Shown here: in pieces, positions 38,358-51,954 of the stretch
Layout: each line of letters opens with the position of its first letter
Position numbering within the stretch: the stretch's first letter is position 1
Assembly (NCBI RefSeq): GCF_009834535.1
Contig: NC_045697.1
Location: forward strand, 6,388,001-6,452,000
Origin: Camelus ferus
Taxonomy: Eukaryota
DNA: 64,000 bases
Reading direction: 5' to 3'
Program-made: the position numbers and the translations under genes
The notes under the pieces: model-generated
Seen by the model: only the letters and a program-made list of their open reading frames with translations
Databases searched by the model: none
What the model was told of the DNA's origin: nothing

Positions 38358-40257
38358 ATCATGACACTTTTATGTTTCCGGAGACGAACAGACAAAGCGC
38401 TGTGGTGACTGAATGGAAAGGAAGATGGTGTCCAGTGTGGGGGGTGATCAGGAAGTGCTTTGTGGAAGAGACAGACTTGAAATGGGCTGCACCCTGGGGG
38501 CGAGTCTAGATAAGTGGGCAAGTTGGGCTTAAAGATACCGAAGAAAGCAGAGGAAGATGCAGGTGTAAAGACAGATGCTGAGAGCACGTGGGCACAGGCA
38601 GCAATTCTGATTGGCCGGGTTTGGCTGAGCTCCTGAAAGGGGCTGTTGGGAGATAATTGGGAAGACTTTGCACAACCTGCCTTTTCTAACTCAGCACATT
38701 CATGGTGAGGCAAGCAGGATGCGGGGAATGATGTTCCCCGAAGGGCCCAGGGACCTGCAGCTCAGATGTGGGGTCTGCCCTGTTCAGAGCCCACGGGCAG
38801 GACCAGGAGTGCAGTCTGGTTTTTTTCTGGACGCACATCAGTCCTTTCCTTAATGCAACGTTGCCTATGGCCTGTGAGCGGATGATGCAGCTTGAAGGGA
38901 GGAGCCGCGCTGGGATGACTCGGCTTCTCTTTAGTTTTGTGCACTCTCCCTCTGCCCAGCACATCCCAGCACGGGAGTTTTGCAGGATATTCGACAGGGA
39001 ACGAGATCGCCAAGGTCCCTGTCCTCAGGGAGAGTGGTGCATTGCATTCAGGTGGGAGCAGACAGAAAATAATCCCCTATGCAAGTAGATAATATCATTT
39101 AGGGACAATGTGCTGTGGAAATAATCAACTCGGGGCTCGAGACCCTTGCCAGGCCTCCCTGGGGGCCTCCCCTGACATCAACTGGTCCCTGGATTCCTCC
39201 ACCCTGTTCTTCCTGGGCACTGAGTCAACAAAACTCCCCCTTTCCCCCTAAGCCCCTTGAGTGGGGGGTTGTCTTTTTGCACGAAAAGCGTTCCAATTAA
39301 ACCTGTAGGTGACTTGCCCCTCTGAATCCGTTACCGGATCTGTGGCAGACCTTTCAATGAAATACCCTATCTGGTACCCAGTGGGTGCACAACCGATGCC
39401 GGCCCCCACCTGATGCTCAGGTAAGCTGGCTTCCCAGTTGTCCAACAGGGACAGCGGTTGTTCCGTAAGTGAAAGGCTGCGAAGCCCCAATGCTGCGTTC
39501 TGGGTGGGGCTCTCCCACCACTAGCTGTGCATCCCGGGGCAGGCTTCTTACACTCTCTGTCTCAGTTTATCTATGAACAGTGGTGGTAATACTAGGACCT
39601 ACCTCTGAGGCCACTGTGAGGATTAACTGAGTTGACACTTACGCAGCATTTAGAAAAGAGCTTTGTATACAGTGAGTGCTCAGTAAATGTCAGTCATTGC
39701 CATGACCTCCTCCCTTCCAAGTTTGCCAAGAACATGATGAAGGAGCCAGGAAATCACCAGAGAGGTCCACAGACTCTGCTTGTAAGCCTTTAGGAAGGAA
39801 GGACATTTCTGTGTTTCATTTCCAATCATAAATGAAAGACAGAGCTTTTTTCTCTTTCCTTAGACTTGACAAAACAGAAAGTGATTTACGGAAGGAAACT
39901 TGCCATGCAGGACTCTTCTACAAAACGGGTGGCCCCCCGTGGCCCAGAGGAAGTCCTCCTTCCTGGGACTAATCTTCAGAGGGAAAATGCTTGCTTTGTG
40001 TTCTTACCCCTGGTTTCTTTAGGAAGGTCCCAAAGTAATGAATTCAATACTAATTGTTTTATTATCTCCTACATGGATGGTGTTTTATAAGAAATCGTGG
40101 TTTTAACAAGTAGCGCGAAGAAAGCAAGGCAGAAGCAGTAAGTCATTCTGTCATTTCTTATTATTGACTTCTCGTGATAGGCCAACAACTGATGTATTAC
40201 CCTAAAGATAATTTTTAAAAAGATTATAATTAGGCTCCTTCCTTCCCTCCCCCCCTT

Positions 40258-40690
40258 TTAAATGGAAGTATAGTTGATTTACAATGTTGTGTTAGTTTCT
40301 GGTGCACAGCATAGTGATTCAGTTTTATATTTACATATTCTTTTTCAGATTATTTTCCATTATAGCTTATTACGAGCACTGAATGCAGTTCCCTTGTTGT
40401 TTATCTGTTTTATATACAGTAGTTTGTATATGCTAATCCCAAACTCCTAATTTATTCCTCCCCACTCTTTCCCCTTTGGTAAGTTTGTTTTCCATGTCTG
40501 TGAGCCTGTTTCTGTTTTGTAAACAAGTTCATTTGTGTTATTTTTTTTTTAGATTTCACATATAAGTGATATCATATGGTATTTGTCCTCTGTCTGTATT
40601 ACTTCACTTAGTATAATAATCTCTAGGCCAAACCATGTTGCTACAAATGGCATTATTTCATTCTTTTTATGGCTGAGTTACATTTCACTG

Positions 40691-40731
<41 letters not shown>

Positions 40732-40805
40732 CACAACTTCTTTATCCAGTCATCTGTTGATGGACATTTAGGTTGCTTCCATGTCTTGGCTACTGTAAAT
40801 AGTGT
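40258..40805 (-). mobile_element. L1 3' end containing (TATC)10
   Basis: gtatagttgatttacaatgttgtgttagtttctgg; gatggacatttaggttgcttccatgtcttggcta; microsatellite at 40691-40730. Confidence 0.85.
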
Positions 40806-41224
40806 TAAGCTCTTATTTTTATATTAATTTTTCTCAGGAGGATAGCGAATGCTATCCTAATATTAGATCTTAAAATTTGTTTAAACCTTTTGTGATTGCT
40901 CTAAATACCAACTGTAGGCAATGTTTCACCACCAGAAAGATAACCAAGTCTGTTTGGGTACCCACATGGGAGTGAAAGAAGAAAATACAGAAAAAGAGAG
41001 AGATGCAGAGAGGGGGGAAGAGAGAAGCAGATAGAGAAGTGAGAAATAAACTCTTTGGTTACTTGCCTGTCTCCTAGTCTTTAAAGTTTAATTTATCAAG
41101 TCAATGTTTAACTTAATTTTCAGCAACTTACCACAAATATTTGCAGGACAAGGAGAGGTCTGATTGAAATTGCTCCCTTCTACGAGCCTTCACAGAAACG
41201 GGGACACATGTGATTGCTAGAACT

Positions 41225-41242
41225 TGGCAGCAGGTGGCGCTG
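41225..41242 (+). promoter_or_regulatory. Candidate CTCF motif (strong)
   Basis: TGGCAGCAGGTGGCGCTG, with partial motifs nearby (CCACCAGGCGCTA near 41293, GCAGAGGGGCAG near 41341). Confidence 0.55.
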
Positions 41243-41484
41243 TGCAGGTTATTAACCGGCAGGTGCTTCTCTGGCTGGTCGGGGTCCAGTGTTCCACCAG
41301 GCGCTAAATATTCCCAGCCGCGCCCCTGCTATGTGCAGGCGCAGAGGGGCAGAGGCGAACAAGGGGTTCCCTGGGTGGCAGGGACTCTGCCTGACTCTGC
41401 TCGGTGCCCCCAGGATGGAACATTAAATCCAGCATAATGTAGGTATAAAATTAATGCTTGGCCAAAAACCTAGCAAATGAGAGA

Positions 41485-41978
41485 TATGGGCTGAATGGTA
41501 GCGCCTAAAAGATACGATGTGTCCTAGTTCCTGGAATCTGTGAATATTACCTTCTAAACCAAAGAGTGAATACTGCTTTACACAACAGAAGTTGGGATTA
41601 AGTTTAGGGTCTTGAGAGGAGGGTTTTGAGAGAGGGGCTTTTCCTAGGCTATCCCTTGAGGCAATCACAGGCATCCTCATAAGACAGAAGAAACAGAGGG
41701 AGATTCACTCAGAGAAGAGCAGGAGGCAGCATGACCTCGGAGGTAGAAAGCAGAGTGATGTGGCCACAAGCCAAGGAAGACAAGCTGGACTGCTGGCAGC
41801 CACCAGAAGCTGAAAGAGGCAGGGAGGGTCTTCCCCCAGAGCCTGCAGAAGAAGGTGGCTCTGCCAAGACCTTGATGTCAGATTTCAAGCCTACAGAACT
41901 TCAAAAGAATACATGGTGGTGGTTTTAACCTGCCAAGTTTGTGGTACTTTGTTACAAGCAGCCACAGGAAGCTAACAC
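41485..41978 (+). mobile_element. MaLR solo LTR (MLT1C/D-like)
   Basis: gtgatgtggccacaagccaaggaa, gccaccagaagctg, gtttgtggtactttgttaca..gccacaggaagctaacaca. Confidence 0.85.
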
Positions 41979-44157
41979 ACTGAAGGCTCTCTACATCTAA
42001 ATTCAGTTCTAGCCCATGGCGAACAGAATGACCTAGATTTACAACGTGCAGCAAACTGGACCTTCCCAGGATCATTCTTTGCAGGGACAGGTGGATTTGC
42101 TTGCCTTCTGTGTTTGTGAGAGGTGGCCGCGTGCTGTGCCTCCCCTGGGGCCCCGTCCAGGCTTCTCCTGCAACTCTCGTGGCCCCGTGCGAGCTTTTCC
42201 TCATTCATGTCCAGGGCACACAGGCCCAGGGAAAGGGCATTAGGGAATCATTTAAGATGGAAACTGATACTTAGTAAGCACCTGCCGCCACCGGTCTGGC
42301 ACTCTATTCACATCATCTCATCTTCCACGCAAAACAACTGCCTTGGAATAGGTGTCACTGCATTGCATGTGTGGTTAAGTTCTCAAGTTTGCAAGACAGC
42401 CAAAAAGCCACCCGAGATCAAAGTTATCTTTGAAAACCCTGTGTCTCATTGCATTTCCCCTGCAGAGTCAGACTAAGATGCGAGTTCTTTATTCAAGCAC
42501 CAGAGGCAGCGGTCAGTAGCTGGCTTGCACTTGGCAGAGCCTTGCTGTATCAAGTTCTATCTTTTAAAAAAATATTTTTTAAAGTTGGGAGATTCTTCCG
42601 CAGCAAAGTAAAGGGCTGGAACTGTGGAAGGTGCGAGGGAACTGAGAGCAACACTGGATCGTCCCCTCTCACACCAGGGCACGGTCGCTCAGAGGAGGGG
42701 CAGGAAGAAGCCCCTGTTCGTTGTGATTTTTCACCCAGCGCCTGGCGCACGGTAAGCTCCATGTAAGTGTTAACTAGTTTTCAACCACAGTTCTGGGCTG
42801 CTTTCAAGTGGGCTAGGGGTCGTTCACATTTGGTCACGATTTTATCTCAGACTGTATGAGAAAGTCAGTATTTCTGCAGACTGTACTGAACCCCAGCTTT
42901 GCCACCTACTGGCTGTGATTGTGGGCGATTTACTTTGCATTTCTGTGCCTCAGTGTCACCGGCTGTTTACTGGAGCATCTGCCTCACAGGGTTGCTACGA
43001 GGATTAAATCGGTCAAGTTAATTGATCATTGTCAACTGCACAGAAAAGTGCCTGTGCGTAATAAATGTATGTACGTGTTAAATCGATATATGGAAAGGAA
43101 ACTTGCCTGAGGGATGCACAAGAGGAGAAAATTCTGTCACAACATGAAAAGGGTCCTCTTAAAATAGGCATGTGAATTCTTAAGGGGTCGTTGGTGACAG
43201 TAATTAGAGCAGCTCACCTGGAGGCGGAGGGTCTATCCACGGGCTGTCATGGGGACAGCTGTTTACCTGCTGAGGCTGACAGCGAACCGGCTGACAGCCC
43301 ATGGAACGCTGTTAGGAAGGTATCACAGACCGCTCTTTCCTCTTTTATGAGCAGACCAAAGTGTGGCTGGATGGGAAACAAGCTGCAACCTCTTTAGATC
43401 TCGGTTTCCTCGCTGATAAAAGGGTTCAGTAACAGGTTCTCTCCAGTGTGTTTTCAAGGACCAAATGAGAGAGCAAATTAAACAGCGCGTACCAGGGCTT
43501 GTGGTTTCCATTTACTGAATTCTCTAAGGAAAAGAATCCTTCATCCCGAGCACTTAGAAGTCATGTAAAGCTTTTTGAAAAAAACAAGAATTCTATGAGC
43601 TGGAGGAAGATTCAGAAGGATAAAGGGAAACGGAGCTGGAAATTCCATTAACCACAGGTATCTGGGTCTGCGGGGAACTCTGCCCTAATCATTACCATGA
43701 CGCCGTCTGAATAATGAAAAAATAACCACTCACGCTGATCGAGGTGTTCCAGGCAGTGTTCTGAGTGTTTTACATCCCTTAAGTCACCAATCCTTATCAC
43801 AAAAGGAACAATCGGCCACTTCTCTTTTTAGTTTTGCTGTCACCCTTTCTTAGTGTGGCTACAATTGGCAGGTTTATGTGTTAATCTATTTGTTCGCTCA
43901 TGTTCTCATTTATGCCAAACCTTTCTGAGGTTGTAGCAAAGGTGGGTGAACGGACCGCATGGTACCCTGGCTGGTGCTGACCACACTCTCCAGCCACACG
44001 TGGTTCTCAGGAAAGGGCTCTGGGTCAGACGCTGGGGTTGAGTGGGCATCCTCACGCACGTGCCTACCTGGAGCATTTTGGCAGCCCTGGCAATGTGCCT
44101 TGTCTGGATATCTACTGAAGAACAATAGATGTTTTGTAGAAGTTCTGGTTTCACACC

Positions 44158-44546
44158 GTACCAGTTTTCTGGGGGCTCCATAAAAAGCATCACCGACAGG
44201 TGGAGGCGGGAGGGGGCTTCAATGACAGAAATTCACTTTCTCACAGTTTGGAGGCCAGGAGCCCAAGATCAAGGTGTCGGCAGGGTTGGTTTCTTCCTGA
44301 GGCCTCTCTCCCTGGCGTGTAGACGGCCATTTCTCCCTGTGACTTCACATCTGTGTGTGTCTGTGTCCTGATCTCCTCTTCTCGGAAGGACACCAGTCAT
44401 ACTGGATCAGAGTCCACCCGCATGACCTCATTTCACTGTAGGTACCTCATTAAAAACCCTGTCTCCAAGTATAGTCACGCTCCGAGGTGTAGGGGCTGGA
44501 ATTTTCACATAGGAATTTGAGGGGGGACACAATTCAGCCCATGATA
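44158..44546 (-). mobile_element. MaLR solo LTR (MLT1A/B-like)
   Basis: tctcacagtttggaggcc..ccaagatcaaggtgtcggcagggttggtttcttcctgaggcctctct; gggacacaattcagccca. Confidence 0.85.
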
Positions 44547-44721
44547 AATACCAGTGGACACAGCTGAGGGCTGGAGATGCTAAATGAGAATCACTGAATT
44601 ATTGAAATCCAGGCTTGAAGAGAATATTTACACTTGGAGAAACTCAAGCCCAGAGAAGGTAAGTGACTGGCCTGGGCTCACATGCTTAGTAAATGGAGAC
44701 AGAATTTGTACCCTGCCCCTC

Positions 44722-44820
44722 CCTCCTTCCTTCCTTCCTCCCTTCCTTCCTTCCTTCCTTCCTTCCTTCCTTCCTTCCTTCCTTCCTTCCTTCCTTCCTT
44801 CCTCCTTCCTCCCTGCCTTC
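44722..44820. repeat. (CCTT)n microsatellite
   Basis: Read directly from sequence. Confidence 0.95.
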
Positions 44821-45559
44821 CTAGAAGACTTAAGAGAGCAGCCTCGCCTTGCCCTCTCACTCCCTGTGCGTCTCTAGCCATTTACTGAATTCTCTAAGTC
44901 TCAGTTTCCCTACGTCTATGATAGGAATGACCATTCTATCGAAGAGTTGTTGAGGGTTAAACTAAGATAATGCAGATAGACCAGGCCTGGCATCAGCTCA
45001 ATGGCAATCCATCTCCTTCCCCCAGTCTCTTTGATTTATTTATAGAGTTATTAGTGAGTGATTTAGTTGACTCATGCTTGCAGCCAGCTGCCTATCAGCA
45101 GACGTGTCCTGAGGACGGACATGCTGTGACTGAGCTCGCATGCGCTGTGGGGACGCACACCTACTGATTCCCAGTGCTAACAGGTGTCATCAGAAGTGGC
45201 GGCAGAGGGACTTCAGTGCTGCGGTGGGGAAGGAGTGTGGCCTTAACAGGGGGTTCTGCGGATGCTTCACGGCAGGCAGGATTTAGATGTGCCTTACAGA
45301 ACGGGCAAAGCAGGATAGAGGGTGCATGGAAGGGTCCGGACTGGCTGCAGGTCCAGTGAGCTGAAGTGTAAGACGTGGGTGGGGATGCTTGTGGAAGGGG
45401 CTGGAAGGATTCGATTACATTCTCCACCTCCAGGGCGGCGTTCCTTCCTCCAGCCCCGGGGAGTCCTGGGCTATGGAGGCGACCTGGCCACGCACCCCCC
45501 AAGTCTCCTCTTATTGTTGTCGTTGGCCTGGAAAAGGGAAGCCACGCAGTTAGACCCAC

Positions 45560-45715
45560 CTCGTCTCCTCTGAGTCCCGTCCCCAGGGCAAACTGCTGAT
45601 TCCTCTCCAGGAAGCGGATTTTCACGTTGTAGACTTTGTTCCCGTAAAACACCACCAACACGTAGGGTTCTGCCCTGGATTTTGTGGAACAGTCTCGGAC
45701 CAAGAAAGTGCCATC
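45560..45715 (-). CDS. CLNK: CLNK coding exon, 156 nt, SH2 core ([52 protein letters not shown])
   Basis: ttcttctttttgcttcag acceptor and gtgggt donor; FLVRD SH2 signature and SLP-76-family KVYNVKIR; inside ORF 45161..45847. Confidence 0.97.
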
Positions 45716-46788
45716 CTGAAGCAAAAAGAAGAACAATGATCTTTGCAGGCATCCCAGCGTCCCGCCCTCCCACCCTGGGCGGCAGTGAAGCTTGTGTGTG
45801 AGGCTCCCAAACGGCTTTAGTTTTTGGCAAACCAGATCTTTATACATTTTAATTCAGTAAGTATTTATCAAGGGTTAGTGTGTATAAGGGGTCTTGTTAC
45901 TTTCTGAGAAGTGCACCCCCTTCTTGCAAATCCTCTGACATCCCGTCCTGTCTTCAGCATCATGCCTACAAACTTGGTCCATGGAGAAATGCACCAGCCT
46001 CTCCTGTGGTTTATCTCTCATCACTCCTTCAGTCTCCAGCCCCTGGATGGTGGCGCCAGTCAAGCCACCATTTCTCAAAGGCACCATCTTGCTTTTGGGC
46101 TCCCAGCTTTTGCATGGAGTAGCTCTCTCCTCCCCTCCCTGGGTGTGCTTCCCTTCACCAGCCAGTAGTCACATATTTCCTGTTCTGTGGATGCTCAGGT
46201 TATCGTTCTAGAGATACTGGGAGCCACTGCAGGCTTTGAGCAGGAGAAGCTTTGAGCGTTATAAATTGGTCCTCTGCGTGGGGAGATGTCAATATAGGAC
46301 TAGGATCCCCCAAAGAGATGTGGGGCTTCAAAGTCATTGGTATCAAAACTTACAAGGGAGAAGAAAATGCAGCCTGGGGCGAGGTGCAGGGAATGCAGAG
46401 CAGGGAAGGGGAGAGGGAAGGAGTCGAAGGAGACATCTCAGAGGTATGGGAATCCAGAAGCTTCAGCATCACAGAAGCTGAGGGGTGGACAGCCAAGTTT
46501 TCCAAAAGAAGGTCAACAGTGTGAAATGATCTGGGGGCTGCAAATAGGTAGACTCTAACTATAACATCAAATAATAAGGCATACCCTGTGGGGTAGCTCA
46601 GGATGAAGGTCTGGTTGTAAAAGGCTAAGAAGTGGAGCAGTTCTCCTGAACATAAACACACACACGTGGCGTAGTTCTGTGGTTACGTCATGTCATTTGT
46701 ATGATGAAAAATACTGAAAAATCTGTAACTGTAATTGCACAGATTCTTCTACAGCTGGTTATAAGTAACACATAAAGAATAGATCTAA

Positions 46789-46992
46789 AAAACAGATACA
46801 CACAACTATATAAAAAATAGATAAACAACAAGGCCCTACTGTATAGCACAGGGAACTATGTTCAGTATCTTGTAATAACATATAATGGGAAAGAATCTGA
46901 AAAAAGAATATATATATATGTAAAACTGAATCACTTTGCTATACACCTAAACTAATGCAACACTGTAAGTAAAATAAAATATTAGTTAAAAA
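46789..46992 (+). mobile_element. 5'-truncated L1 3' end with 11-bp TSD
   Basis: ctgtatagcacagggaactat motif; TSD aatagatctaa at 46778-46788 and 46993-47003. Confidence 0.85.
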
Positions 46993-47575
46993 AATAGATC
47001 TAATTAGGTGTGTGTAGTATGTGCTATCTATTCTTTGTATAGATGGGTGTTATATGTGATAATTTATATTCATAATAACTAATTGTTATATATTATTGTC
47101 TCCTCTATTTATTACCTCTATGTTTATATAAATTACATTACCTATGACAAGTATTTATAGATACTATATATAAATACATAATAATGGTTATGGCACTCTA
47201 TAATAACACTACAAATATATTGCATTTATAAATAATACTATAAAACCATGGCGATGCTATGACGACGCTGGCAGCTAAGGTTTGTTGAGGACTGCCCTCA
47301 CGATGCCAAGCTCTTTACACACGTTACCTCATTTGATCTTTACATAAAGTTTGAGGAGGTGCTTTATGCCCACTTTACAGGTGAGGAAATTGGGGTCTAG
47401 TTGTCTAAGTGGAACCCCTAACACATCGCAGCTAGTCAATGGAATCCCTAAAGGTCAAGTCCAAATTCTTGCTCTCAGTATTCCGACTCTAAGTACATAA
47501 AGTGGGACTGAGGAATTTTCTGAAACCTGCTTTGCCTAAAACATTCACTGTAATTAAAGCTTTAAGACTCACGCC

Positions 47576-47922
47576 AGGACACTATGAACTCTTCTACAAA
47601 ACAGAAACAGACTTGCAGACGTAGTAAACAATCTTCTACAAAACAGAAACAAACCAAGGAAAGAGTGGGAAGGGATAAATTTGGGAGTTTGAGATCTGCA
47701 AATGTTAGCCACTATATATAAAAATAGATTTAAAAAAAGTTTCTTCTGTATAGCACAGGGAACTATATTCAATATCTTGTAATAAACTTTAATGAAAAAG
47801 GATATGAAAACGAATGTATGTATGTATATGCATGACCGGGACATTGTACTGTGCACCAGAAATTAACACATTGTAACCGACTACACTTCAAAAAAAAAAA
47901 CAAAACCAAAAAAACCCCACAA
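47576..47922 (+). mobile_element. 5'-truncated young L1 3' end with TSD
   Basis: gggataaatttgggagtttgagat, ctgtatagcacagggaactatattcaa, A-rich tail; TSD aagactca(c/a)gcc at 47564-47575 and 47923-47934. Confidence 0.9.
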
Positions 47923-48683
47923 AAGACTCAAGCCCAGAATGCTGCCAAAGATCAGAAAGTGAGAGGCGGCCAAGACATGTGGCCAGTTTTGGGATTTATC
48001 ATCTTAAACTTTGCGACGATTTGGTCACAATGAATCTGGGCAGTCCTGCAATGAATTATCTGACATAAATGGGAAACAGGTTTTGACAAAACAAACTGAG
48101 GCAAACAAAATAGGAAAATATGAAGTCATTCAGCAAGATACTGTTTTCTCAGGGCTTTTCTGGGAGAAGGCAGAGAACGGCACACAGAATGGGAGGCAAG
48201 GGAGCATCGAGTGCCTAACGTTGCCGAGAGGACATCGCGTGACAGGTACGCTGCCCTTCCAGCACCAGCAGCACAGCCTCCTGGAAGCCTGTCTTCTAAG
48301 AGGGTTTTTTCCCCTGGGAAGTAGTCTCAGGGAGGATGATGGCTGGTTAGCCAAGGACAAGAGGCAGGGCTGGAGTCGGCACCACTGCCCCACCATTCAA
48401 CCCAGCGGAGGGCAGCTGTGGGTGGGATTCCCAGGGGAGCGGGGAGGGAGGGTCCTCGAGGCAAGGTGCCACCCAGCCACCTGTGACTCCCCTTCTAGAA
48501 CATAAAGAACGATACTGTCTGCTAGAGGCAGCTGTGGTTCTGTGAGTGCTGACATTGAGTTCAGGTTCTGCCTCTTTCTCCGCCTTGGGACTGAAACCTT
48601 GATGTAGCTTCGGTTTCCTCATCCAGAGAATGAGATGGTTTCATTAATTCCGAATATGTTCAAGATAACTTTGTTAGCAACGG

Positions 48684-49123
48684 TGTTAATTTCCTACTGT
48701 TGCTATAACAAATTCCCATGAGCTCAGTGGCCTAAAACACAAATTTTATTGTCTTATAGTTCGGTGGGTTGAAGTCTGACATGGGTCTCAAGGGGCTAAA
48801 ATCAAGGTTCAGCAGGACTGTGTTCCTTCTAGAGATTCTAGGGGAGAATGCCTTTCCCTGCCTTTCCCAGCTTCCAGAAGCCACCACCAGCGCTTGACTT
48901 GTGGCCCTCTCTCTGTGACTCTGACACTCCTGCATCCCTCTTATAAGGACACTTATGATTACATTAAACCCTTTCAGATAATCCAGAATAATCCCTCTAG
49001 CTCAAGATCCCTAACTTAATCACATTTGCAAACTCCTTTTCCATATAAGGTGACACAGCCACAGGTCTTGGGGTTTAGAACGTGGGCATATCATGGTAGA
49101 AGGAACATTATTCTGTTTAGTAT
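48684..49123 (-). mobile_element. MaLR solo LTR (MLT1C/D-like)
   Basis: tgctataacaaatt..gtggcctaaaacacaaatttatt-like start; ctaaaatcaagg; taatccagaataatc..cttaatcacatttgcaaa. Confidence 0.85.
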
Positions 49124-49411
49124 AGCAGCTTACATATAGTTTATTTTATTTAATTTTATAATATCAATTCTGAGAGCTAGGTTTTTATTAAAATTCATTG
49201 GGGGCCTACTATTCATACACTCGTCCACTAATTAACTGACTTTGTTTTATCTCCTCATTCAACAATGACCATTGTATTGGTTAGTTGAGGACAGGTTTTG
49301 ATGATGCATTGATCTTGAGAGCCTTTCTATCATGTCTAGACAATCCAGTATAGTACTTTGCATACAGTAGAGTAGTTGCTTAGTAACTGTTTTCTATTTA
49401 TGATGATGGTT

Positions 49412-49762
49412 ATAGTAGTCATTTGACCCGATCACCAATATTCCAGGTCTTCTCTTTTTTCTGGTCACATGGTAGCTTTGTACTTTTCTACCCTCGTTGA
49501 AGTTAGGTCTGGTCCTGTGATTTACTCTGGCTGATGAAATGTGAGCAGAGATACAGCCAGGTACATTTGAGAGGCTGTGTTGACAGCCCGTGTATGGTGT
49601 GAGCACACATGGAGATGGAGCCTCCAGCAGTCCAGGTCCACCCACCCAAACCTGCCTTGAACAGAGAGCTCAAGCAAAAAATAAAGCTCTGTTATGCTAA
49701 GTAGCTGAAATCTTGGGGTTGTTTGTTACTACAGCATAACCTATCACATTCTGACTGTTACA
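49412..49762 (+). mobile_element. Old MaLR LTR (MLT1H/I-like)
   Basis: tgaagttagg..tgaaatgtgagcaga; ggggttgtttgttactacagcataaccta..ctgactgttaca. Confidence 0.7.
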
Positions 49763-50217
49763 GCATTCACGTGCCCTGCTCCATTCCTGTAGAAGTGAAC
49801 CATAAAGACCCAGCTATACTTCAGGCAGATCTGCAGGAAGGAGATGAAACTTGAAGAAAGAGAGGGAAGTCGTCTTCCACTGCAACCCCCATTTCTACCC
49901 CAGCTTCCACATTTGATCTCCAAGATAGTTCCTTAGAGTTGACTTTACTATTTTCATTTGACAAATAAAGAGACCTGCACTTAAAGATGCTTAAGAACTT
50001 GAAAAAGTCCCACAGCTGATAAGTGATACAACCAAGTCGCAAACCTAAAACTCTATTTGAAAGCGCCCTTTCAATTACAACCTCCCCAGCACTGAGAAGT
50101 ATAGGGTGAGGCAGGAACCAGTACTTGTCACACTGCTTGCCATGTCCCACGATCTATGGGCAGAAAACCCTAGGATGGCTACAGAAACAGTGGGATGGTC
50201 CCTGTTGAAGCCATTAC

Positions 50218-50295
50218 CTTGTTCTCCTTCATCAATGCCTCTTCCACCGCCTGACGACTGTATTCTCCAATGTACCATTCATTGTGCTGGACATC
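50218..50295 (-). CDS. CLNK: CLNK coding exon, 78 nt, start of SH2 (DVQHNEWYIGEYSRQAVEEALMKENK)
   Basis: cctgcag acceptor and gtaatg donor; WYxG and R-AE-L SH2 N-terminal motifs. Confidence 0.96.
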
Positions 50296-51954
50296 CTGCA
50301 GGACAGGTTAAGTGATGAATATTTTAGGCTCAAAGGGAAGGAAGGATTAATGATTAATTAATTAAAATTTACTTTTGTTCCATCAGTGCCAAATCACAGC
50401 TGGACTTATAGCAGCTATGCAGTACAAAATTTCCGTCCCTGAATCTCGAGATGAACACAGAAAAAGTAGCAGCAGCTTAGGAATCATGAAACTGGCATGA
50501 CAAAGTCAGTCTGCCATTGAAAGGAACCAGAAATGTCACTCCATCTCCTGAGAAAGGTGCTTTGGCTCCACACTCAGAATGGATCATAAACATATCTATT
50601 AATGCTTTCTGAATCTGTACCTGCTGAAGCTTCCTGAGGTGGGGTGTTCATTGTTTATGAAGCCTATGAGAGCCCATAGTCATCATAAAAACAGCAGGGG
50701 AGGGGATGACAGGTGCAGACTGAGAGCATCTTTACAGCAGTTGCCTAAAGTCACATGTGGTAGGACTGGGATTTGAACCCTAGTCTGTCTGCCATCTACT
50801 TTATTTACACTCATTTATTTCTTTTGTTTGTAAAATCTACCATGACAGAGAGGAAGGAAGGGAAGTCAGAGAGATGCACCATGGATCTGCAATTCCTTTA
50901 CCAAGTTTCAAGGATAGTAATATTGATTCATCCCCTGGGTGGATCCAACATCTCCAAGGCCCTTCCTCATTTATTATCCCAGTCCACATCTGCAACAACC
51001 TTGTGATGCAGGCATTGCCAGGACAGTGGAGGCTCAGGAAGCCAACTTCGGTCCCGTGGTTGGCAAGAACCAGGGAGGCAGCATCAGGGCTTTGTTCTCT
51101 CAGTGTGAGTCCCTGGTCCTCCCAGCGCTGGATACACCAAGCATGTGTGAGCACCCCTGGGAAGGGATGAGCTAGCTTCACCCTACCTCTCCAGCCTCCC
51201 TTCCCGCTCCCTGCGCCCAGTCTGAGGACACGGGCATAGCACGCTGTTTGCTGTTGTCTGGACGCACAGAGTCAGGACTTGGCATGAGGAGCCCCGCTTC
51301 CTGGAATCCCCCCTGCTCCTCATTCTCTCCTCCTACCTGACTCTGCTATTCTCCTCCATTAAGTTCAGGATCAAAGTCATCTCTTATTTGAGGCGTCCTT
51401 CGGAGTGAATACCTTTACCTAGTCCCTACCCCCAGGGAAGGTCCAGAGGCAGGACTGGCTCTGCTCCATCCCAGTAAAGCCTGGAAACAGGCTCCAGAAA
51501 CAAAGGATGCCCCAGAGCCCCACCTCCCTGCCAAAGAGTGAGCTCTCTCTGCTCAGAGTGGTCTGCTGCTTCTGGGGAGCCTCTTGGCCCGTCTGGGGCT
51601 TTGACAAGGCGCAGTCACGGTGCGTTTCATCTCCTCTGATTTTATTCACTTGTTCAAGCTGGAAGACACTTAAAGATTTAATAGCCCCGTGGTCCTCCAG
51701 GTGTGGTCATGGGTGCTGGCTGGCATAAATGACTCGGAATTACCTGGGGGCAGGAATCGTCCCCTCATGGTTCTCTTTCTAGCCCTTTGAATAACTCAAG
51801 AGGACTGCTTCATTTGGGTGCTAGTCTGCCCTTACCACCTCCCGGGCATTCCCCCCGCTCCTGTGGCAGAGGGGCAGCCCTCGCACTGAGATCCCCTCAT
51901 GAGTGATGGCGTCCTGCTACAAGTTATTAGCCTTGTTTTGTTGGTGCTACAGCG

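Noticed and set aside
45686..45706. SH2 motif FLVRDC instead of FLVRES as a sign of inactivation
   Set aside because: The phosphotyrosine-binding Arg is intact, and FLVRDC is what I recall for human CLNK.
45161..45847. 228-aa ORF as a stand-alone gene
   Set aside because: Only 45560-45715 is coding (a CLNK exon bounded by splice sites); the rest is open intron.
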